Below are positions 11,801 to 26,800 of a stretch of DNA of 64,000 bases, in pieces. Source of the DNA: Mustelus asterias. Taxonomy: Eukaryota. Numbering within the stretch: the stretch's first letter is position 1; every line of letters begins with the position of its first letter. The notes beneath the pieces were generated by a model that had not been told where the DNA came from, did not search any database, and saw nothing but the letters and a program-made list of their open reading frames with translations. Both the position numbers and the translations under genes were made by a program. The stretch is taken from positions 68,758,001-68,822,000 of the forward strand of contig NC_135814.1 of the NCBI RefSeq assembly GCF_964213995.1, given 5' to 3'.

Positions 11801-14800
11801 CAGGAGTCCATTTGGTCCATCAAGTCAACACTGTTTCTCTGAAAGAACATTCCACCTAGTCCCACTCCCATGCCTTATCCTTGTAACCTTGTACATTCTT
11901 TCATTTCAGATAGCAGTTCTACCTTCACCACCCTCTCTGGAAGTTAGTTTCAGACTCAAAATTTTCCTTGCATCACCTCTCCTTTTGCCCATTATTTTGA
12001 ATCTCTGCCCTCTAGTTCCTGATGTACTCTTGAAATGGAACAATTTCTCAATATTTACCCTGTCCATAACCCTCAGGGCCTTTAAAAAGCTCCATCAGTT
12101 CTCCTCTCAGCCTTCTTTTCTCCCAGGAAAACTGTGTGCCGCTCTATCCTCATAGCTACATTTGTTTATTCCTGGAATCATTCTTGTGAATCTCCCCTGT
12201 ATTCTCTCCAATGTCTTCAGATCCTTCCTCAGGTAGGGTGCCCAAAACTGGAATCTGTATTCTAGATGAGGCCTAGCTAATGCTGCTGATGGAAGCAGTT
12301 TTTGTCTACCTTACCTGAACCTGTTATAATCCTGTACAACTCTATCAAATCTCCAATAACCTCCTTTGCTCCAAGAGAACAACCCTGAAATTCCTTCAAC
12401 CCTGGAACCATTCTGCATCCTTTAAGTTCTTCCAAAGGTTTGGTGACTAGAACTGGACGTAATGCTCTTGTTGTGGCCCAACCAGAACTTTAGAAAGGTT
12501 CAGTGCAACTTCCCTGCTGCTGCATTCTTACCTCTAATAATGAAGCCCAAGATCCCACATGCTTTGCTGACTCCTCTTTCAACATGTCCTGTCACCTTTG
12601 GAGATCTATGTACACAAATCCCTAAGCCCCTCTCTATCTGCATACATCTATAGAACTGTGCCATTAAGTACATTTGCCACTTTTCTATCTGTTATGCTAT
12701 CCTTTCTGTCCTGTTGATTGTTACCACCTGCACTGTCTGTATCATGGGAAAATTTAGAAATTTTTACTCTGTATTCCAATGCTGAAGTCATTTATTACTA
12801 TATATCTATATCAAAAAAGTAGTGATCCTAGCACTGACCCATGGGGAACACTGATGCATGTCATTTTTCAGTTCAAAAACAACCATTTACCACCGGCACT
12901 GATCTTTCTATTCCATAAACCTTCATTTTGTTCATCGGTGTTTTATATGGTACTTTGTCAAATACTTTCTTAAAATCTATATTGACAGACATGCACTGCA
13001 TTCCCTTTGTTAACCTTCTCTGTTGTTCATCAAAACATTCAACCAGATTAGTCAAATCCAATCTGCCTCTTACGAATGTGTTCTTTCTCCTTTATAAACT
13101 CAAAGTTCTTGAAGTACCTGTTGATTTTTTTCCCTGATTTATTGTTTATAAAGCTTACCTACTGCTGATGTTAAATTGGGCAGTCCTTACGTCCTTCCTT
13201 GAGCAAAGATGTCACATTTGGCACTTACCCATAACTCTGGAAGATTATAGCAGCCCCATCTGCTATCTGCGGTCCTCTTCCATTGCAACTTTTTTATATT
13301 CGTTCATGGGATGTGGGCATTTCTGGCTTGGACAACATTAATTTCCCATCCCTAATTGCTCTTGAAAAGATGGTGGCATGTTACCTTTGTGAACTGCTGT
13401 AGTCCATGTGTTGTAGGAACTTTTAGGAAGTTCCAGGATTTTGACCCAGTGACAATGAAGGAACGGTCATGTAGTTCCACATCAAAGTGTGTTGCTTGGA
13501 GGGGCACTTGCAGATCAGTGGCATTCCCACGCATCTGCTGCTCTTGTTCTTCTCGGTAGTACAGGTCGTGAGTTTGGAAGGTGCTATCAAAGGATCCTTT
13601 GGTGAGTTGCTGGAATACAAGTCATGGGACGATATGACTCATCCACTCTAAGCATAGCCAGTATCTCCAATATCTCCAGCCTCTCTGTTTTTACCTGATC
13701 CATTACCTGTACATCTCCACTTACACCAATACCAATAGTCAGCAAATTCTTTCTTAACATTGCCCTGTACCTCTAAGTATATATCACTTTTTTTTTATCC
13801 CTAATAGGACCTAACCCACCTCTTTGTGCCCACTCACTATTTACATACCAGTGGATTTTTTGGTTTAGATTAACTGTCATTCTGTTCTCATCTCTCTTTG
13901 TCAGTCTTGTTTTCCTTTTCAGTACTGCACGTATTGTATTTGGCCTGGTTATCACTTGAAGAATTCACCTGGCAAGCATTGTACATAGTGCATGGGATTC
14001 TCCTTTTACTGTTGACATTATCCCAATCGATATTTGGGTAATGAATGTATCACCATTCTCTAGTAGTTTCACATTTGTGATTTTCCTCACAGATTTGCAC
14101 TTCTCTCTCTTGCTTTTCTTTCACTGTGGCTCCCTATCTCTCGATTTAAAGTTTAGAGGCATATTGACTACCTCCCAGTAGTTTGTTTACCTATTTGTCT
14201 ATCAATTCTAACCAAATGGATTTTGTGCATGCCCCCCTTTTTGAACACTGCAAAGGTTTCGCTAATCAATGTTTTTGCCCCAACTCCTTTTCCCCTTCCC
14301 TATCTTTACTGAATACTTTGTACCCATGAATATTAAGCATCCTTCTGTCCTCAACCTTTTTAAGTAATGTTTCTATTATTGCCAATAAAATATAATCCCA
14401 CACAGCTATTTCCACTTGTAACTCACCAAACTTTGTATGTACATTATCGCATTCTAAACTTGCCTTTGTACTCCTTGCAGCTCTTGCTCTTCTCCTATCT
14501 AAAATGGTGCTACTTCCTTCTTTAGTATTATCCAACAATCTCATTCCTTTAAATTTCTCATTCCTCTTTGTTGCCTCATTCTGCTGGTGCTCACTCCCTG
14601 CCAATTTAGTTCCAACTCTTCAATCATCAGTGATGCATTTATAAACTGAAATGAACTCACTGCTATATTTGAAGCAATGAAGCAAACTCATCTTGTTGGA
14701 GTGGGAAAAATTCTACAAAGTTAGTGCTCCTTAACAGGCCATCACGTTCTGTTGAGATAATGGTGTTTTTATTGGCTTGCTTGCCTTGAATTCGATTTTT

Positions 14801-17800
14801 TTGACAAAAGTGCACAGTTGGGTTGACCTGGTGTTTGGACTTTTTTTTCCTAGTTTGCGGAGGTATGTTTTAGGGTGAGGCAAACTGTTGCATTGCGATT
14901 TTACAGTGACAGCTGTTTGTGAAAGGCTGCTGAAAGTAAAATGTTCTTGGCTGATTAGGTTTTCTGTGGCTTTTTATTTAACAGGCACTAATTTGCTGTC
15001 TGGTGGAATAGAGACTGTACTGGTTCAGTGGCGATATGGATCCGAAACCAAGAAAGACTTTCTGCCTCGTCTTGGGGCAGCGATTGAACATATTGCAGCC
15101 TCACCTGATGGTGCCTTGTATTGTACATCTCACAGTGATAACAGTAAGGGTTGGACTCTTCCTTGTGAGCCATTGTGTTTCAGAAGTAAACTTTGAGAGT
15201 TTCACCCTTGTATTACTTATAACATTTTCAAAACTCCCACCCTCTTCATTTTGCCATCCTTTGAAATGATAGAATCAGCATTTGATAGAGTTCTGTTCAG
15301 AGGTTGGCCCATCTGACTAACATTGCATTTTACAAGTTAGTTTTATCTGCCACCCCTTCTGCTCCATCTTTCCTGAATGTCATGAACCCAGGAATATTAA
15401 ATGTCCAATTTGCCCCCTTTTTTGATTCAAGTCAGTGATTGTCAGTACACTTGAAAGTGGCTATTTCTGTCCACGCTCACTAGTATTATTGACCACATTT
15501 TGTGCATGTGTTCCAAACCAAACTTAACACTTGTGTTTTCCAGTCCTCTGGGCACCTTGTTTTGCCTCTTTAACATTACATTTTGGTTTCTCTTTCAGAA
15601 TTAACAATCATCCAAAGCAATCTGCATGTTTCTGGCATAATTCAGGGTTTAGTTCAAGGTATGTATCTGGCTGAGATTTTGTTTGAATGCGACGTTTGTA
15701 TTGTTTCATTGGCACTAGATTATTGCTTTTCTGTTGTGCTTTTTGTCCTTTTTCAGGTCAAGAGGTTATAACTGGTTTAATGTTTGATCCAAAAAGCAAA
15801 GCTCTGGTTCTAAATGGGAAACCAGGACACTTGCAGTTCTATTCGCTCCAGAGTGACAAGCAATTATACAATGTAAGTGTGTGTAATTATTTGTAATTAG
15901 TGTAACTCTTTTTATTTTTTGATAAAGACATGTCACATGTTAATTCTATTTCAAAATGATTCTTTAGTGTAGTGCACTTTTGGCCTTTTTAAGCGGCATA
16001 AAATGATGATTCAAAACTTAATTTTCAAGTGAAACAATGATTGTGTCAAATTGACCAATAAAAGTCAGTGTTTGGAAGCAAAGACTGGATAATATATTCT
16101 GTTGGCATAGAATAGAATCCATACAGTGCAGAAAGAGGCCATTCGACCCATCGAGCCTGCACCAACAACAATTTCACCCAGGCCCTGTCCCAGTAACCTT
16201 ACATATTTACCTTGCTAAACCCCCTGACACTAGGGGGAAAATTAGCATGGCCAATCAACCTAACCTGCACATCTTTGGACTGCGGGAGGCAACCGGAGCA
16301 TCCAGAGAAAACCCACACAGGCACGAGGAGAACGTAGGGATTGTAGGTACAGGGCAGTACATGTTAGCCTAAAATAAAATTGCATTTCAAGTCAAATGAA
16401 AATTTGTTTTTCCATTAGTGTTTTATGTTTAAAGGTTTGAATACTGCTTGTATGTAATGCTCATCTTTAGTTAGGTTATGCACGGTAATTTAAGATTTAC
16501 ATGACTACTTAGCTTCAGATTGCCCTTGAATAAATTAAGAATATATCCCAGCTGAGGGGTGTTCATTCACTTTTGATCAAGGACTACAAGCTCAAGCGAT
16601 TACTCATGCAATGCTTTTTGTCACTAGAATTTTGATAAAGCATTGTGGTGAGGTTTGATGTATAGTATTTAGATTGTCTTCTGCCTTTGCATGAGTTTTT
16701 TCAAAAATTGGTATAAAGGTATTTTGCAATCTTTCTTTCAAATGCTTTGAACAGTAGATATTCTTTGAACAAGTAAATTACATCTTATAAGAAGTATTCT
16801 TTGCAAATATCCATCATACATTTCCTGAGAACATTTGAGAAAGACTGACATTAGCTGCAGTATAAAAACAGTCGGTGCAAAACCCTGACAAAAAGGTTTT
16901 CAAGCTGAAATAAACTCTGTTCACTCTCTGTATTACTTTATTATTTTAAATAGCATGGTGGGTGTTGGAAGGAGCTGCCCAACAAGATTTCGGCCTGTAT
17001 TTTGAGTTGATTGCTGCACCTCCGCCTTCTCTAGTTCCCAAAGATGCCATTTACTCTCCATTTTTTTACTGTTTAATTTTTGTTTCTTTATTTCTGCCCC
17101 ACTTCTGTTCAGAATTGAGGACTGCCATAACTTCTGTGGTTGTGGCAAGATTTATGCTTGCCAACAGTTTGAGGGATTTTATTTTCCAGGAGTTAACACA
17201 CACTGCCCGGTCTCTAATGATGCATTTGGGTGAGGTTGGTGTAACTATCAAACTGATATTTAATCTGGACTTTTTAAAATATTCATTTCATAGTCCGAAA
17301 GACGTGCTGGTTAGGTGCATTGGCCATGCTAAATTCTCCCTCAGTTTACCTGAATAGGTGTCATTAACTTCATTGTAATGTTAATGTAAGCCTACTTGTG
17401 ACACAAATAAACTTAAGAATCCCTACAGTGCAGAAGGAGGCCATTTGGCCCATCAAGTCTGCACCGACCCTCCGACAGCATCTTACACAGGACCAACCCC
17501 CACCCTAATTCTGTAACACCGCACATTTACCCCACTAATCCCCTAACCTACATATCTTGGGATGCTAAGGGACAATTTTACTTGGCCAATCCACTTAACC
17601 TGTACATCTTTGAACTGTGGGAGGAAGCCAGAACACTTTGAGGAAACCCGTGCAAATTCCACACAGGCAGTCATCCAAGGCTGAATCGAACCTGGGTCAC
17701 TGGTGCTGTGAGGATGTCGTGCTTGCCACTGTGGCACGCTTTATGGGCATTTATTGCATCCCTAATTGCTGTTGAGAAGGTGGTGGTGAACTGCCTTCTT

Positions 17801-20800
17801 GAACCGCTCCAGTCCCTGAGGTGCAGCTACACCCACAGTGCTGTTAGGAAGGGAGTCCCAAGACTTGGAGCGGATCCTCTAGGTGGTGGTGTTCCCAGGT
17901 ATCTGCTGCTCTTGTTCTTCTAGATGGTCATGCGTTTGGAAGATGCTGCCCAAGGAGTCTTGGTGAGTTCCTGAAGTGCATCTTGTAGATGGTACACACG
18001 GCTGCCACTGTATTGGTGGTGGAGAGATTGAATGTGTGTGGAAGGGGTAGCAGTCAAGCGGGCTGCTTTGTCCTGGATGATGTCAAGCTTCTTGAGTGTT
18101 GTTGGAGCTTCACTCATCCAGGCAAGTCAACAGTATTCCATCACACTCCTGACTTGTGCCTTATAGATGGCAGACAGGCTTTCGGGAGCCAGGAGGTGAG
18201 TTATTCACCGCGGGATATGGCTAGCCCAGTTCAGTTTCTGGTCAGTGGTAACCCCCCAGAATGATAGTGGGGATTCAGCGATGGTAATGCCATTGAATGT
18301 CAAGGGGTGTTGGTTAGATCCCCTCTCGTTGGAAATGGTCATTGTCTGGCACTTGTGTATTATGAATGTTACTTGCCACTTGTCAGCCCAGGCCAGATAT
18401 TGCTCAGGTCTTGCTGCATGTTCTTAGTATGCATATTTCTTCTAATCTTTTGAAAAGTGAACTAAGTCTGCATGAGATGAAATGTAGCTTGATTTGAATC
18501 ATTGAAACAGAATTTGCTCGCAAATTCCTAGCGGAGCGGCCAGCAAATTTGTGACCACTCCACCCGGGCCTCCTATAAGTGGGAAGAAATTGCTGCATTT
18601 GTGCATTCCTCACCAGTTAAAGTCAGTGCAGGATGTCGAAAGTGGCATTTAACTACTCAATGACTTGTTTAATTATTTAATATTCCTGCAATACCATTCA
18701 GCCACTTGTAAACTATAAAGGGATAAATTAAAACAAGTCTCATTGGTGTAGACAGTAAATATTTTTCAGATGTTTTTAAAATTAAAAAAAATGCCCTTTT
18801 CTCTATTTCTCTTCTCTCTCATTCTCACTCAATGTTTTTTCTTTATTTCTCTTTCTCAAACTAATTAACTCTTCGGTCTATTTCCTTCTGTCATTCCATA
18901 TTTTCTTTATCCTTAAGTACCACTGGCTAAGGATAGAGACTGTTGGTCCCATTGTTCACTAAGGGCCAATGTCCCATTGAGCTGTAATTAGCTTTCACTT
19001 GGCAGTTTACAAGCACAAAACTATAAGCTTGAATGCTGTGGGAAAATGTCTTGGCCAAAAAAGCTCTGCTCCAGCAAATCTGATGTATTCCACTGTAACG
19101 TGAATTTATAAAGCAATAGTTATGATCGCAACTACCTTGTTCAATCAACACAACTTCAAGAGTCCTATTTTCCGTCACGTCAACAAACTTTCCTCTTCTC
19201 AAAAGACTTATTTTCTTTGTAGACCAGTTGATTCTTTAAAAATCCTGGATCAAAATGTTTGACTATAGTCCTGATCCTTCCAGGGTTGGCCAGCAGAACT
19301 GTCACTCAAACATTCTTGGATGCAGCTTGCCCCCCTCATTCATTTTGCCCAAAAAGGATGAGGCATTCAAATCCTAAAACTAAATTTTTGCTGAAAAGTC
19401 TTTTTGCAATCCTCCATTTTCTGGGACCATCTAGCCACGCTGCATCTGGTTTCTAATTCACATTCCAGCGTCAGGCTGACCATAGAAACTGGTAACATTA
19501 AAGCAAGTTTCAACTTATACACACATTTTAAAAATAACTTATCTGGACTAATTCCTCAGTAGTGAAAATATCCTGAAATATAACTCTTACCTTTTTGGCT
19601 TTTCTTTCTCATTTTATTTCAATGGTTTTTCTTCCCATATCATTTCGTTACTTTTTAATGCTTGATTCACACTGTGTCTCCACCCTACTCTTCTGTTTTC
19701 TCTGGTGTTCTTACAGTCTTAATAAGGGCTTTCAGTGGCAGTATGTATGCTGAGAAAACTTTACCTCCATAGAATTATTTCCCTTCATCCTCAGGAAGGA
19801 TGGCACAGTTATTAGCACTGCTGCCTCATGGTGCCAAGGACCTGGGATCGATTCCGGCCTTGGGTGATTGTCATGTGTGGAGTTTGCATATTCTCCCTGT
19901 GTCTGTGTAGGTTTCCTCCGGGTGCACCGGTTACCTCCCACACTCCAAAGATGTGCACATTAGGTGGAGTTACAGGGATAGGGCGGAGGGAAGAGCCTGG
20001 GTGGGATGCTCTTTTGCAGACTCAGTGGGCCAAACGGCCTTTTTCTGCACTGTAGGGATTCTAACAAAAAGCAAACAGAAGAATGCTATTAATATGTGAT
20101 TCATTTCACCATGCAAGCAATAGATGACAAGCTCCTGTGAGGTGGCTTGTAGCCATGACATTGGGACCAAAAATTACCAATGATCTAGCAAATTGCTTGG
20201 CTTATTAATCATATAATGATTGCCCTTCTACATATTATTTGTTGGCAAATGAGCAGTTACCTCATGGTCCATGATCCTTAAACATAAATGTCATGCACTA
20301 ATGCCAGGTGTTACTGGTAGTCTGAAACCATACAAAAACACTATCCACTTGCAACAATGGCATATTTTTTAAAAAAATAATAAATCCTGAAAGTACCTTT
20401 AATGCAGTAACCTAGATTTGAGATGATGGCATAACATTTTCTAAACTGCTTTAAATCACTATTTTTAACCTATGCGTGACATGTTTTTGATATGAAAATG
20501 CAATTCACAGTTATAATGCAGCTGTTATGTTGAACAAAATAACACGTTGCCATGCAACTCACGTTCCTGATCATTAATTTCTCCAGGATCCAGATCATTC
20601 CATTGGCTAAAGATATTTTCAAATATGTCTTTCTAACTTTGCCAATCAATCGCAAGAACCATTTCAACATAGTTTTAATCCAGAATTACTTATTGGTGTA
20701 TTGATCAAATCTTTGTGTTCCATGAGTTTCCAAGAAGATTAAGTTCTTGAGTAAATTGGTGCATTTCTGAGAGTTCGCCAGTGTTAACATGCAGTGTTTC

Positions 20801-23800
20801 TAGGCTCTATCTGAATATAAAAACAGTAACGGATTAGTTTAGTAACACTTGAGTACAGCCAAATTTTAATGTTGTTTCTGTTCACAGCTGGACATAGTGC
20901 AACAGGAACGTATCCACCAATCGGGACTAAACCAGACTGAAGTGGTCAAGGCAGTCTTTGACTCCCAGGGTACATGGTTAGTAACTGTGGAAGAAAGGAA
21001 AGGGGAAGAAACTGATCTTGAGCTGCAGATGAAAGTTTGGGCCTATGATGAGGAAAAGCAGAGGTGAGTTTTCCCCAACACCATGTACAAAAATGAAGGA
21101 CATTAACCTATTTTTGAATCATATATATAGCCACTAAAATAGGTTTTAGAACGATGGAACTCTTGTATTTTTTAATTGAAATATTTTCATATTTTACCGA
21201 CAGCAATTGAATGGAAATATCAAGCATGCTTCTTCTGTTGCTGAAGCATATGAATCACTTGTTGCTTTTTGCCTTCCGAAAGAAAGTAGACCTGTGAAAT
21301 GTTCACGTGCGTTGAAGCTGTTAGTTTTTAGGTTTGTTGTTAGGTACTTATACTGCTTATCGTGTCATTCTATTCATCCTCTTTAGTTGTAATCTGGTTA
21401 TGTTATGGACTGTTGGGGGCTAAATTAGCTAACCCCAGAAAAGTAGCATGGGAGTCATAGTACATGATTAGCCCTCATCTGCTCATCGCATAGCGGATGG
21501 GATGTTAAATTCATGCCAGTTTTGCCTGCACTGCTTGGTGAGTGCATGCTTCAGCTGAAAGCCTGATGTCGCTACTTCAAGGCAGTTTGGATCTCATAAC
21601 AGGGAGTGCATTGTGGCTGCAAGAAGTATTGGGAGCCCTTTATACACTAATATGGCAGAATGACTGAATATGCAAGGGCAAAAAGTACAGGAGATCTCCA
21701 AGAAGGTGTAGAGTTGCACAAGCAACTAAGATATAAGTACATAGTGACTCCTTTAAATAGTTCTGGATGTAGTGCAGACAGAAGTATGCATATACATCTT
21801 GGACCCCATTTTTGAATCTCATTTATCACGTAGTATCTAAAAAACTAAAAAACTGTCATGGTCCAATTTAATCCCCATGTTATGATTCTTAATTTATATG
21901 CACCAAACTCCAACCCTTAAATATGACGGGAGGATTCTTTTATTTTTGCCACTGCTGTCATTACTTAACTCTTGTGACATAAACCTGTTAGACCAATTGC
22001 TGTAGAGGAAAGTCAGAAGCTTTTCCTTAATTCCTGGGAAATCCCTGGAACCATGCATGCTTTTTACATGTGTATTATGTCATCTCTAGTTACACCATTA
22101 ATGAGATTAAAGCTAGTAATTCTAATTCTGGCCTTTTGTGCATTCCAAATTATAATCACTGCACCATTAGTGGCTGTGGCTTCATCTTCCCAGGCTCCAA
22201 GCTCTGAAATTCCCTCCCTGCATCCCTCTACCTCACTTTCTTCCTTTAAGACATTTTTTTAAATGTACTACTTTGACCGAGCTTTTGGTCATCTGACTTC
22301 GTACCTCCTTATGTGGCTTGGTGTCATAATTTGCTTTGCAATACTCGTGTGAAGCATCTTGGGATATTTCATTATGTCAAAGGTGCTATATAAATATAAG
22401 TTGTTGTGGCACTAACAATCTCAGAATTTCTTTCAGAATGAAGCATTACAATAAATTGTGATGTATCAATCTTGTAATTTGAATTTAATTGATGTTGTTT
22501 CTTTCCTTTTGATAGTTTTGTCCTTAACACCACAATAAATGCACCACATGAGAACCATGTTTCAGGCCTTTGCTTCCAGAATTTGACTGGTTCCAGAAGT
22601 GGGCCAGCTACTTTCGTATCAGCTGGCTTGGATTGCCAATTTAAAGTCTGGGTTCTTGGAGATGATTCTGATATATACAGTAAGTACTTAGCCATTTAAG
22701 CAGTCCTTTGAGACAACTAATGTTCACTTTCTGAACTTTGAGCAATGTACTGTATCAACAATTGAAGGGAATTGAATGTAAATCGTAAAATATACAGAAG
22801 CCTATCTTTATTTTGTTATAGTCTCTTTCCTCTTAAGCCATGAAAAATCCTGCGTATAGTTTTTTTCTTGTTTAATAAAATGGTTAGAGTACAGAAGAAA
22901 GTCATTTGTCTTGTTGGATCTGTGCTGGCTCACAGCAAGAGCATTCAGTTGCTCCCATGCTCCTGCAAATCCTAGTATGCAGGTACAATTAATTAGGAAA
23001 GCTAATAGAATGTTATCATTTAACATGAGGGGAATTGATTGCAAAAGTCCAGAGGTTATGCTTCAGTTGTAAAGGGCATTGGTAAGACCACATCTGGAGT
23101 ATTGTGTACAGTATTGGTCTCCTTATTTAAGGAAAGATGTAAACAGTTCAGAGAGAGTTTGCTAGACTAATACCAGGAATGGGCCGATTGCCATATGAGG
23201 AAAGTTTGGAGAGGTTAAGTTTGTATCCACTAGAGTTTAGAGGAGCAAGAAAAAACATGATTGAAACCTTTAAGATCCTGAGGGCTGTGATTTGAAGGGG
23301 ATGTTTCCTCTATGGGAGACTCTAGTACTTGGGGGTCACTGTTGAAAAATAAGGGGTCACTCATTTTAGATGGAAATTAGGAGAATTTCTTTCTCTCCAG
23401 GTCGAGTGTCTGTGGAACTCTCTCAATAGGCAGTGGGAGAAGAATCTTTGAATAGTTTTAAGGCAGAGCTAGATAGATTCTTGATTAACAGGGTGATGAA
23501 AGGTTATCGGGAGTAGGCAGGATTTTGGGGTTAATGTTACAGTCAGATCAGCCATGATATTATTGAATGGCAGAGCAGGCTCAAGGGGTCAAGTGACCTC
23601 CTGCTCTTTGTTCATATCCCTGTTGCCCTGCAAGTATTTTTCTCTAGATAATTATCTAACACTTTTTATTGGAAGCCATGATTGAATCTGCCTCCACCAC
23701 ACACTCAGGCCAATTGACTGCCCTTGCCCAATTGAGGCCTGTTAAGTGGCCAGTTATTGGCTACTTAAAGGACCAGTTTTTGAGACTGGTGGGAAGAGGT

Positions 23801-26800
23801 CAGAGATAGCGGGGAAGCCCAGCAAGTCACTGTGTTGTCTTGTTTTTATAATATAAAGGCATCAATCACTCATAAGGGATTGGGTAAACAGTTGTGGGTT
23901 CATTTATTAAGACTAGGCCCATAAGAACAGATACACTTGGACAGAAAGCTTAAAGAAATCAGCAGCAGAGCTGCCTGTATGAGCTATGCTTGCAAGCAAA
24001 GCTAAAACTGGATACTTCCTTTCTAGTGATGTCCTATTCCTTAAAAGGCATAGTACAACATCTCCCTTTCTTTTCAAAGATACATTCTGCCCTTCCAAAG
24101 AAGTATAACTAGTTACAATACATGTTCATGTTTAGCACCATTACAGAACGAATGAATCTATGGGCTACTAAAGTGTAAAGATAATCTGCTGATACGCCCA
24201 GATCTTGTAATGTTAACCTTATCTGGAGGTAGAGGCGGGTACAATTTTATCTTTTAAAAAGCATTTAGATAGTTGCATGGGTACGATGGGTATAGAGGGA
24301 TATGGGCCAAATGCGGGCAATTGGGATTAGCTTAGGGGTTTTTTTTAAATAAAAGGGCGACATGGACAAGTTGGGGCGAAGGGCCTGTTTCCATGCTGTA
24401 AACCTCTGACTCGATGGAGATGTCTTTAATTGTTCAGTGATCTATTGGAGTCATTCTAGGATGTTGTCCCTCGTTACAATTGGAATATAGTCCTCTATGC
24501 AGCGGATAGTTGAGTAACTGGAATGGACTTGATTTGCCCTCTGTTACACCTCACTATTTCACCTTTGTCTGTAATCACTTCATAGTACCATGGTTCTGAG
24601 CAAATCCTTGTCATCTCGGCTGGTTTCTACATACCTTTATGGGATGCTGAATGTGAACTTGTTATCCCAGCTGTAAACTTGGGAATTCTGTACCCTCATT
24701 TCTATCATGCATGTTAGTCAGCTTCTCTCTGTTTTAAATGTTGCTGTCTAGTCTCTGAGATAGTGGAATGGGTAAAATAGGTAAATTGGCACACACTGGT
24801 ATGCTGAACATGAGCTCTGCTGGTGATGGAATGGTGGCACTTAAGGTACCCCCCTCGCATGTAGCATTGCGATTTGTAGTGTTTGATCTGGCAGGTGTTA
24901 AGTGCTGTGTAACTCAAATCACAAAGGGAAACTTGACAAGCCGTCACGACTCTTTGTATTTTATCATGATAAGATGCTTGTCCTAAAATCAGGAGCCCGA
25001 ATTCCAGTAGCCATTTTGAAGATTTTAAATGCTAAATTAAAACATTTGTTAACGAAAGAAAATTTAAATACACAAGATTTACACAGTTAAAATTAATCTT
25101 GTAAAACATTCTCCCTGAAAGATCTCTTACGAGGTTAGACTCTCAAACACCTCTTTTAAACAATAATCCCTAAAAGATATTTGATCTAGAAAGTCCGGTG
25201 ACAATACCTACAAGGCAAAGCTACTATCACTTCAGTGAGGTACACCATAAAATATCTTGCTGTCTTCCACTCTGCTGTGGAACTTCACTCTTCAGACACC
25301 AGATTGCTGCTTGCAGCCTCAAGCCCTTTCTGGTTTCACTGTGGTAACTGATTTAAAACTACTTTCGGAGTAGCGGTGGGAGTAATTGGGAGTAGTTGGG
25401 GTGAGTGTAGTCGGGTGTTGGGAGCTTTTCAGGACTGTGGGGATTAGGGGAGTCAAGACGGCAGTGGTGGGAGGGTTAATTGGTGGGAGACATGGCAATG
25501 TAGTGAAGGGTGTGGTGTAGGGGTAGGTCAGTACTATGGTTATCCAGGAATTAAAAGCGCTTTTAATTCTTCTAACTTTTCCTGGACAATTATTCATTAG
25601 GAGAGTTGAAACTACCCAAAGTCTCAGATTTAAATTGGTTCCCAGTGCAAAGTTCTGCCTGTCAGAAGTGTAAACGTCCCAAGCAATTCCCATGCAGTCC
25701 TTGTGTGGCGGTTTCAAGGGGGTTCTAGTACCATATTTTCTTTGTGCCTCCCAGATACAAGCTGCCAAAGATCGGAACTTCTGGGCCTTATATATTCAAT
25801 ATACATTTTGCAAATGCAGGCGATTCAACAGTAGAGGGTGCTGTTGCTTGGGTTCCCATTTGGAGATACAAAATCATATTGTATGTGGTTCCAGCAAATT
25901 GGCTCCCAATTCCTCATCGATGAATTCTGTGAAATAACCAAAGCCCTGATGCTTATTTTGGTGCCTTATTTCTTGAACCAAATGAGTTTCCTGGTCCATC
26001 CACTATTTAATTAATTGCTTGTGATTCGGTGGGGGTGGGGCAATAATTCACTTTTCATGTTAAAAATCTTGTGTGTATGTATCTTGTAGCCCCACTTCTC
26101 TAAAGGGGTATTAATGCTGCTATCAAATTATGCTTCTGTTTCGGAGAGAGCTTCTTGAAACCACTTGAAGTAAAGTGCTTGAAATAAAATTTGAACCGAA
26201 TTACTGGTGCAAAGGTTCAGATAATTGATCAGAGGAGTGACAAAGTTAAGGCTTTCTGCACTTTGCCCGTTACATGCTGTGTTCTCTATCTTGCAATTAA
26301 TTTCCAGGAGAGAGTGTAAGCTGGAGCTGTGATTTTGTGGGAACGTATCACCACCTTCAGGCCACAAATTGTAGTTTCTCTGAAGATGGATCTCTACTTG
26401 CAGTCAGCTTTGAACAAATCATTACTTTATGGGATGCAGACATTTGGGATCTAAAGTGCACCTTCTGTCACCCACCTGGCAAAATACGGTGAGTCCTCCA
26501 AGAGATTTTTGCAATCTGGCTACAGGATTGCTTCCATTGATAAAACTGTTGTCTACTGTATGATATAAATGTGCCATTTGGCTTTCATTTTGAAAGTAAT
26601 ATTTAACCTTTGGGAATGTTGACATTTATCTACACTGTTGAAATGTATTATATCACCAAATTTTCAGCCAATTCTGAAATTGTCAGCTAATGGCAGTATC
26701 CCTGTGGTTCTTACTGGATGATGAGCTTTTATTTGACGAAAACCAAATTGACATGGAGATGAAGGGAATCGTTGGTTCAGATAGTTACAGAGAATAAAAA

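Noticed and set aside
6295-26730. Intronic RTGATGA motifs (about 6295, 16003, 26718) as C/D snoRNAs
   Set aside because: No suitably spaced CTGA D box with a terminal stem was found by eye; a snoscan run would be needed to exclude them fully
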